Source: Vitrella brassicaformis CCMP3155 (lineage: Eukaryota > Protista > Chromerida). Taken from it: a stretch of 29,712 nucleotides of DNA. The stretch spans positions 1-29,712 of the forward strand of contig CDMY01000693.1 in the NCBI GenBank assembly GCA_001179505.1, in the 5' to 3' direction. Positions within the stretch are counted from its first letter, which is position 1. Each line of letters opens with the position of its first letter. Of this stretch, positions 1-8,024 are shown piece after piece. The notes beneath the pieces were generated by a model that worked only from the letters and a program-made list of their open reading frames with translations, did not search any database and was not told the DNA's origin. The translations under genes were made by a program, and so were the position numbers.

Positions 1-300
1 GCCAGCTTTCCGCCCTCTGAGCACACAGGAGGGCGGGACAGCCAGCTTTCCGGCTGGCAAGCTGGCAGGGAGGCCCGGAAGGCCAGCTTTCCGGGTGGTC
101 TGGCCAGCTTTCCGGCTGGACATCCAGCTTTCTGGCTGGCAAGCTGGCAGGGAGACCTGGAAAGCTGGCTTTCCGGATGGTCTGGCCAGCTTTCCGGGTG
201 GCTGGCTGGCTTTCCGCGGGCTTAGCTAGCCTTCTGTGGGCCTAGCTAGCTTTCCCCGCCTCCTCTCAGCTTTCCGGCCGGAACTCCAGCTTTTCGCCGC
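1..300. repeat. Degenerate array of the (GCC)AGCTTTCC motif with an ~82-bp higher-order tandem unit; truncated by the window edge
   Basis: GCCAGCTTTCC occurs at 1, 41, 82, 103 and 185, with variants near 124, 168, 208, 245, 267 and 286. Bases 41-118 closely resemble 124-202. Internal inverted repeats include GGAAAGC-tg-GCTTTCC. Confidence 0.85.
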
Positions 301-457
301 ACCTTGTCGGGTAGTGACAGCGAGCAGAGGCGACTGATCTGATGATGACTCATTCATTTCGCCCGCTCACCTACAGGCTTCTGTTTCCGCCTCATAATCA
401 CTGAGCACATGCAGGGAAGCGCGGGAATTTCATTGTGGGGGCAGTGCGAGCTGAAGG

Positions 458-1995
458 ATGAGATTGCAGGAATTGCAGAGCGCGGTGTGCGCGCAGGACG
501 CGAGCAGCACCAGCGGCTGCAGCAGCAGTAGCAGCAGTAGCAGCAGCAACAGCGACTCGAGAACAGCGACGGCCAACACCGAGGAGCAGCAGGAGCGGGC
601 CCAGCTGCTTGCAGTAGTGATCCCGCCTGCACTTTGCTCTCTTGCCTGCGTGAACGGATGGTCTTGATGCCCGGTAGACTCGAGATCAGACGATCTGGTC
701 GCTTTCCGTTACCTTAAAGCCCTAATCAAGCAGGGGCGGGAGATGGAGCTGCTGGGACAGCTCAGCCCCGAGGAGCAGCTGGACATCTATGGGAAGGAGC
801 GCGAGGTCAACAAAGGCGACGCTGCGGTGAGATGGATGTGCGCAAATGACATACACGTGCATCCCCACACTGACACCCTGGTCTGGTCTCCCCCTGTCTG
901 TCGGTCTTGTCAGCTGGATGCGAGGCTCGCCAGCCGCACCCAGGAGCTGACTCTGCAGTACCAGGGCGTGGCCAACACCGAGGTGGGTGGGTGGGTGGGN
1001 NNNNNNNNNNNNNNNNNNNNNNNNNNNNNNNNNNNNNNNNNNNNNNNNNNNNNNNNNNNNNNNNNNNNNNNNNNNNNNNNNNNNNNNNNNNNNNNNNNNN
1101 NNNNNNNNNNNNNNNNNNNNNNNNNNNNNNNNNNNNNNNNNNNNNNNNNNNNNNNNNNNNNNNNNNNNNNNNNNNNNNNNNNNNNNNNNNNNNNNNNNNN
1201 NNNNNNNNNNNNNNNNNNNNNNNNNNNNNNNNNNNNNNNNNNNNNNNNNNNNNNNNNNNNNNNNNNNNNNNNNNNNNNNNNNNNNNNNNNNNNNNNNNNC
1301 AGGGCGTGGCCAACACCGAGGTGGGTGGGTGGGTGGGTGGGCTGAGTGAGGGTCACATAGACAGATGCGGGCAAGGGTGCACGGCCTCACTGGCTCACTC
1401 GTGAGTACATCTGTGTGTGTGTGTGTGCGTGTGTGTAGGAGGAGGATGGGGAGGAGGACGACGATGGGCAGGTGCCCGAGTGGTTGGATGAGCCCCTCCC
1501 ACAGCACACCTCGCTGCCGGTAGGCAAGGCACCCCACGATCAAAATACCGACGTGTGACATACACACACACGTGTGTGTGTGTGTGTGCACATCTTGGTG
1601 GTTTCTACCAGTTGGCCAGCAGCAGCCCCAAAGCTTCTCCCGCTAGTCCATCCGTCGATGCCCGTCCGCCTGTTTGTCCGCCTCCCTGTCCGTCCATCCC
1701 GTGTTGCGTGTCCGCCCACACCCCCGTGTACTCGACTGCCATGGCTGCCGACACTCCACCTGTCTGCCCACCTTTCCGACTCTTCGACTGCTCCAACCAC
1801 GCCGCCACTCCCCCATTCTTACCCTCCCTGCCCCGTCGAGCACTCAAGGCGACCCTCATGACACACCAGCAGCAGCAAGCGGCCCCCCCGCAGCTACTGG
1901 AGCGGAAGGTGTTTCAAGATGCTCTCGCGGCGGGCCTCCCTCGGCCAACGACTTGGCCTACAGGAAGGCGATGGCCAACCTGGGGGACCTGCTAG
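458..1995 (+). CDS. Short spliced hypothetical protein, copy 1 (exons ~458-613, 734-826, 914-982, 1439-1519, 1612-1995)
   Basis: Internal exons are GT-AG bounded and all phase 0 (GREMELLGQLSPEEQLDIYGKEREVNKGDAA; LDARLASRTQELTLQYQGVANTE; EEDGEEDDDGQVPEWLDEPLPQHTSLP). The first exon and its GTAGTG donor are weak. The model spans gap 1000-1299. Confidence 0.45.
1000..1299. other. Assembly gap (300 N)
   Basis: Both flanks contain the same CAGGGCGTGGCCAACACCGAG(GTGG)n sequence. Confidence 0.99.
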
Positions 1996-2034
1996 GCAAG
2001 CTCCTCGCCCTGGTCGACCACCACGCCGCCGCCC

Positions 2035-2334
2035 NNNNNNNNNNNNNNNNNNNNNNNNNNNNNNNNNNNNNNNNNNNNNNNNNNNNNNNNNNNNNNNNNN
2101 NNNNNNNNNNNNNNNNNNNNNNNNNNNNNNNNNNNNNNNNNNNNNNNNNNNNNNNNNNNNNNNNNNNNNNNNNNNNNNNNNNNNNNNNNNNNNNNNNNNN
2201 NNNNNNNNNNNNNNNNNNNNNNNNNNNNNNNNNNNNNNNNNNNNNNNNNNNNNNNNNNNNNNNNNNNNNNNNNNNNNNNNNNNNNNNNNNNNNNNNNNNN
2301 NNNNNNNNNNNNNNNNNNNNNNNNNNNNNNNNNN
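2035..2334. other. Assembly gap (300 N)
   Basis: N run; the right flank restarts the 1300 sequence. Confidence 0.99.
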
Positions 2335-2697
2335 CAGGGCGTGGCCAACACCGAGGTGGGTGGGTGGGTGGGTGGGCTGAGTGAGGGTCACATAGACAGA
2401 TGCGGGCAAGGGTGCACGGCCTCACTGGCTCACTCGTGAGTACATCTGTGTGTGTGTGTGTGCGTGTGTGTAGGAGGAGGATGGGGAGGAGGACGACGAT
2501 GGGCAGGTGCCCGAGTGGTTGGATGAGCCCCTCCCACAGCACACCTCGCTGCCGGTAGGCAAGGCACCCCACGATCAAAATACCGACGTGTGACATACAC
2601 ACACGTGTGTGTGTGTGTGTGTGTGTGTGCACACCTTGGTGGTTTCTACCAGTTGGCCTCCCAGCCGCAGCAGCAGCCCCAAAGCTTCTCCCGCTAG
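2335..2697 (+). CDS. Partial second copy of the same gene (exon end 2335-2355, exon 2474-2554, last exon 2653-2697 LASQPQQQPQSFSR*)
   Basis: Near-identical to 1300-1650. It has 10 extra nt (TCCCAGCCGC) in the last exon, which puts TAG 2695-2697 in frame. Confidence 0.45.
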
Positions 2698-2908
2698 TCC
2701 ATCCGTCGATGCCCGTCCGCCTGTTTGTCCGCCTCCCTGTCCGTCCATCCCGTGTTGCGTGTCCGCCCACACCCCCGTGTACTCGACTGCCATGGCTGCC
2801 GACACTCCACCTGTCTGCCCACCTTTCCGACTCTTCGACTGCTCCAACCACGCCGCCACTCCCCCATTCTTACCCTCCCTGCCCCGTCGAGCACTCAAGG
2901 CGACCCTC

Positions 2909-3790
2909 ATGACACACCAGCAGCAGCAAGCGGCCCCCCCGCAGCTACTGGAGCGGAAGGTGTTTCAAGATGCTCTCGCGGCGGGCCTCCCTCCCATCTC
3001 CTTGGCGAGATCTTCCGGCAGCTGCCAGCTGTTTCCCTTCGAGTGGCACCACCCAGTGTACCTGGCCCTCATCCCAGCGAGAGATGCGAGCTCGTGGAGA
3101 TGCCCGCTCCCTTCCTCGGCGGCATGCCCAAACAGGACAGGCCACAGCAGCAGTGCCAGCTGACATAGACGACGACGGCTCCATGGGGTCGTACGATGAC
3201 TTCACCAAGTCGTTCCCAGAGGACGTCTTCCTGCTCGACGTCGACCAGGACAATCTTGATTCTCGGCCCCGCCACGCCACGCCAGAGGCAGCGGCATTCC
3301 CGCAGCTACCCACCCTCCTGCTGCACGCCCTCAGAAACCTCAAGAGCATCAGCACCGCCGAGCACTGGGCCACTACAGGGGCCCTCCCCTCCCCCCTGCC
3401 CCCTCCCTCTCAGTCCACCCCGCCCCCCACACCATTTCCCGGACCAAAGCACCGCAATCCGCTCTTCTGGGCCGACTTCGACTACGCTGACACGACAGAG
3501 ACGGGCAAGTCGGCGATCCCTCCTGAGCACCTCACGCAGACGAGCATCGTGGAGGAGCTTTTGGCATCTCCTCAGAGCGCCGCCAAGGCTGAGCTGGAGG
3601 GCATGATACTTGAGCGGCTGAGCGAGCAGGCGTCCAGTGACCTCCTTCTCTACCAAGATGCTCGCCCTGAGCAACAGCAGGACCTAGCGGCCGCGGCAAA
3701 GCAGCCACAAGACGACACCAGGGCGTTGCCTGACGTCCCAGTTCCCGCGACGAGTCAGACGACGACATGTTACCATAGCACGGGACGGAC
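2909..3790 (+). pseudogene. Frameshifted hypothetical gene with an F-box-like N-terminal motif
   Basis: Coding-like segments lie in three frames: MTHQQQQAAPPQLLERKVFQDALAAGLP, then SHLLGEIFRQLP (+1 nt restores LP-x-x-LL-x-x-IF-x-x-LP), then ADIDDDGSMGSYDDF...DVPVP. No clear introns reconcile the frames. Confidence 0.35.
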
Positions 3791-3959
3791 AGGCATGTCT
3801 GAGTCTGTCTGTCGTTGGAGGGAGGGAGGGAGGGAGGGAGGGAGCGGGGCCTGCATGAGCAAGAGGGGATGGGCGAGAGAAGTGCCGAGGGGGCGACGGG
3901 CAGCAGCTGGGGAGTGGGAGAGTTGTTGGTGGTGCGGTGCCGTCGGAGAGGGAGGAGAA

Positions 3960-4963
3960 CGAGATCAGGCTGGTCCGCCAGGGAAGCGACCTTTGCGACC
4001 GACCTGGCGAAGCTGCTCCACTGCTACCGGTGTGCACAGACACAGACGCACACAGAGATAGCGATCAGACCGTCCGCGTATTCCCCCTTGTGCGGTGCGT
4101 GTGGTTCCTGCGTGTCAGTGACATCCTTCGCTACCAAGATGCCCGCCCAAAGCAACAGTAGGACTTCCCGACTGCGGCAAAGCAGCCACACGACGACACC
4201 AGGGCGTTGTCTGACGTCCCAGTGCCCCAGGTTCAGCCGACCGGCACCCAGCGGACCTCCCTCCTCCCCTCCCCCGCCGTCTCCCTGGCCCACTCGACCA
4301 TCCCCCCCACCCAGAGCAGCAGCCTCCTCGACGAGCACCAGCTGCCCATGCGCCCAGCTGCCCATGCGCCCAGCTGCCCATGCGCTTCATCGGCCGACCC
4401 ACCCTTCCTGCTCCTCCCCTCCTCCCTGCGCACCCTCCCCCGCCCCCAGCTCACAGGCGACTCTCGTGATCGCCGCGACGAGTCCCATGACAACACCAAG
4501 CTGATGCTGCCCGACGCCATCCCCCGTGAGCACCGCTACGGCCGGGTGCTGTCGCCGTGTGCTCGCGACAGCTCCACCGATGCGAGCGACGACCGGCAGA
4601 GCGGCGGGCAGACGGACGATAGCGGCAGTAAGGACCAGGGGGCGGCGGGGATGGGCGGGGGGTTTGGGGCTGTGCATATCTGGCCTCGTCAACCCTGGCG
4701 GGTCGGGCGTGAGCAGCCTGGAGAGCCACAGCGACATGGAGGGGAAAGACAGCAGTGCAGCGGCGGGCACGAAGAATGACAGACAGCTCATCACCATCGG
4801 CACGGGGTGGGGGTATGCGTCGCTTACGAGAGGGTGCGTGTGGTGTGAGCTCTCTGGAGTCAGACAGCGACAACGAAGGAGAGGGACCTCCACCTGCATG
4901 CTCGAGGAGCGGCGGGAGCCGGACCCCATCTCTCTCCCCATCGAGTCAGACGACCACAAGTGA
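3960..4963 (+). pseudogene. Module B copy 1 of a low-complexity repeated gene (DILRYQDARP...ESDDHK*), premature TAG
   Basis: Putative intron ~4031-4118, an in-frame TAG at 4159-4161 (CAG in the other copy), and a further frame change before ESDDHK*. Confidence 0.45.
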
Positions 4964-4965
4964 CC

Positions 4966-5265
4966 NNNNNNNNNNNNNNNNNNNNNNNNNNNNNNNNNNN
5001 NNNNNNNNNNNNNNNNNNNNNNNNNNNNNNNNNNNNNNNNNNNNNNNNNNNNNNNNNNNNNNNNNNNNNNNNNNNNNNNNNNNNNNNNNNNNNNNNNNNN
5101 NNNNNNNNNNNNNNNNNNNNNNNNNNNNNNNNNNNNNNNNNNNNNNNNNNNNNNNNNNNNNNNNNNNNNNNNNNNNNNNNNNNNNNNNNNNNNNNNNNNN
5201 NNNNNNNNNNNNNNNNNNNNNNNNNNNNNNNNNNNNNNNNNNNNNNNNNNNNNNNNNNNNNNNNN
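4966..5265. other. Assembly gap (300 N)
   Basis: N run between the two 1.42-kb copies. Confidence 0.99.
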
Positions 5266-5683
5266 GAGCATCGTGGAGGAGCTTTTGGCATCTCCTCAGA
5301 GCGCCGCCAAGGCTGAGCTGGAGGGCATGATACTTGAGCGGCTGAGCGAGCAGGCGTCCAGTGACCTCCTTCTCTACCAAGATGCTCGCCCTGAGCAACA
5401 GCAGGACCTAGCGGCCGCGGCAAAGCAGCCACAAGACGACACCAGGGCGTTGCCTGACGTCCCAGTTCCCGCGACGAGTCAGACGACGACATGTTACCAT
5501 AGCACGGGACGGACAGGCATGTCTGAGTCTGTCTGTCGTTGGAGGGAGGGAGGGAGGGAGGGAGGGAGCGGGGCCTGCATGAGCAAGAGGGGATGGGCGA
5601 GAGAAGTGCCGAGGGGGCGACGGGCAGCAGCTGGGGAGTGGGAGAGTTGTTGGTGGTGCGGTGCCGTCGGAGAGGGAGGAGAA

Positions 5684-6688
5684 CGAGATCAGGCTGGTCC
5701 GCCAGGGAAGCGACCTTTGCGACCGACCTGGCGAAGCTGCTCCACTGCTACCGGTGTGCACAGACACAGACGCACACAGAGATAGCGATCAGACCGTCCG
5801 CGTATTCCCCCTTGTACGATGCGTGTGGTTCCTGCGTGTCAGTGACATCCTTCGCTACCAAGATGCCCGCCCAAAGCAACAGCAGGACTTCCCGACTGCG
5901 GCAAAGCAGCCACAAGACGACACCAGGGCGTTGTTCTGACGTCCCAGTGCCCCAGGTTCAGCCGACCGGCACCCAGCGGACCTCCCTCCTCCCCTCCCCC
6001 GCCCTCTCCCTGGCCCACTCGACCATCCCCCCCAACCAGAGCAGCAGCCTCCTCGACGAGCACCAGCTGCCCATGCGCCTAGCTGCCCATGCGCCCAGCT
6101 GCCCATGCGCTTCATCGGCCGACCCACCCTTCCTGCTCCTCCCCTCCTCCCTGCGCCCCCTCCCCCGCCCCCAGCTCACAGGCGACTCTCGTGATCGCCG
6201 CGACGAGTCCCATGACAACACCAAACTGATGCTGCCCGACGCCATCCCCCGTGACCACCGCTACGGCCGGGTGCTGTCGCCGTGTGCTCGCGACAGCTCC
6301 ACCGATGCGAGCGACGACCGGCAGAGCGGCGGGCAGACGGACGATAGCGGCAGTAAGGACCAGGGGGCGGCGGGGATGGGCGGGGGGTTTGGGGCTGTGC
6401 ATATCTGGCCTCGTCAACCCTGGCGGGTCGGGCGTGAGCAGCCTGGAGAGCCACAGCGACATGGAGGGGAAAGACAGCAGTGCAGCGGCGGGCACGAAGA
6501 ATGACAGACAGCTCATCACCATCGGCACGGGGTGGGGGTATGCGTCGCTTACGAGAGGGTGCGTGTGGTGTGAGCTCTCTGGAGTCAGACAGCGACAACG
6601 AAGGAGAGGGACCTCCACCTGCATGCTCGAGGAGCGGCGGGAGCCGGGCCCCATCTCTCTCCCCATCGAGTCAGACGACCACAAGTGA
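5684..6688 (+). pseudogene. Module B copy 2, frameshifted
   Basis: An extra T at ~5934-5935 (TTGTTCTGAC vs TTGTCTGAC) brings TGA 5937-5939 into frame. Confidence 0.45.
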
Positions 6689-8024
6689 CCATAGCACGGG
6701 ACGGACAGGCATGTCTGACTCTCTCTGTCTGTCGTTGGGAGGGAGGAAGGGAGGGAGGGAGTGAGGGAGAAGGGGAGCGGGGCCTATGAGCAAGAGGGGA
6801 TGGGCGAGGGACAGTGACTAGGCTTCAAGAGCCTCCCTTTTTTTTTGCGGTGTGTGCGGTAAGCCGATCGTATCGACTTGAGAGAGAACAGATGCCTCGC
6901 AGTATTGCCTGTGTGCCTGCTGCCGAGTGAGTGGATGAGCGGGCAGAGTGAGTGGATCAAGTGTGCGTGACCGACTGACTGGCTGGCTGGCTGGCTGCAT
7001 CCATCGAACGGCGGACCCGTTTTGGCGGACGGGCATCGACAACTGCATAGATGCGTGTTGGCTTTCAAGACAGTGCTGTTGGTGTCTTCTTTCGGCTCCC
7101 TCATCGCGCGGGTTCGTGTGTGTTGAGCGAGCCATGATGGGGCGAGCCGCCGAGAGCTCATTTGACGGTAGACAGAGAAATTTAACCTGACTTAACTTGA
7201 CGACTTGACTTAACAACTTGACTCAGTAGGTGTCAACGACCTGGTGCATGGTGCCTGTGTGCCCATGGGGTGTGTGTGTGTGGATGGCTACCTGTGAGCT
7301 GGAGATGAACAGGACAGACAGACAGACAGACAGGTGCCAGGCTAGAGACGAAGATCGATGTTGGCACGGATCATTCACGGCTAGATGCTCATCATTGGTG
7401 CACTTGTTGTGCCACGGCCGACTTAAAGCAGTTCACTTTCAGTCAGTCCTCACACCCACATCGTCCGTTGCACTGCACGCAGCATGGTCGTTATCCATCC
7501 ACTCACTGATCCCTCAGCAAAAGCAGCGGCAGCAGCAGCCTCTGCAATGTATGTGGGTGTCGCCAACTGACGCTATGGCTCCACTCGTTGCCTGAGTCGA
7601 GGAAGGAAAGCCAACGGCAAGGGATGACATAAAGCGATGATTCAATGCTGCATATGACCTGCTCCCTTACCGTATGCTTTGCTGTGCTGTGCATACGCCC
7701 AAAAGAAGAAAACGCCTTGAAATCCATCCCAGCCTCACCTCGCCATTCTGATCGCCACTGGCATTTCTTCGTCAGCTTTTCGCCAAAAAGAGGAGTCGGT
7801 AGCGGAGCGGCAGTACACCCGAGCATCTTGAGATAGTCCAACGTTCCTCTCGTCGCTTCTGCCGATGCCGCAGCGGTGATAGCGAGTGATCTGTAGAGGA
7901 ACCAGCACGGCGGGGCAGATCCGGCCCTCCCGAGGCCATACAGCAGCCTTGTCGGCCGTACCGTCACTCGATGGCTGCCTGCCAGTCCTGCTATTGAGGG
8001 AAGATCCAGAGGGGTGACCAGGCG

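Larger units (their letters stand above)
1300..2993. repeat. Direct duplication: 1300-1942 and 2335-2993
   Basis: Both copies start at CAGGGCGTGGCCAACACCGAG right after a gap and match up to GGGCCTCCCTC. They differ in (GT)n length, a 10-nt indel and at least one substitution. Confidence 0.9.
3542..6690. repeat. ~1.42-kb direct duplication: 3542-4965 and 5266-6690, separated by gap 4966-5265
   Basis: Offset is 1724 nt, or 1725 after a 1-nt insertion. The first ~550 nt look identical by eye. About a dozen differences lie in the remaining ~870 nt. Confidence 0.92.

Noticed and set aside
1-300. CRISPR-like array
   Set aside because: Repeats are short and degenerate, spacers are themselves repeated and irregular, there are no cas genes, and the context is eukaryotic.
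446-720. Alternative frame with a poly-Gln run (EQHQRLQQQ*QQ*QQQQRLEN)
   Set aside because: It has two in-frame TAGs. This could mean the 5' part of the first gene is a decayed poly-Q exon, but I cannot choose between frames without transcripts.
6830-7990. Possible minus-strand gene (ORF 7503-7967; GT donors near 7670 and 7738) and the short ACTTGAC/TTAAC repeats at ~7187-7227
   Set aside because: No consistent multi-exon model or recognisable motif; the repeats are too short and irregular to call.
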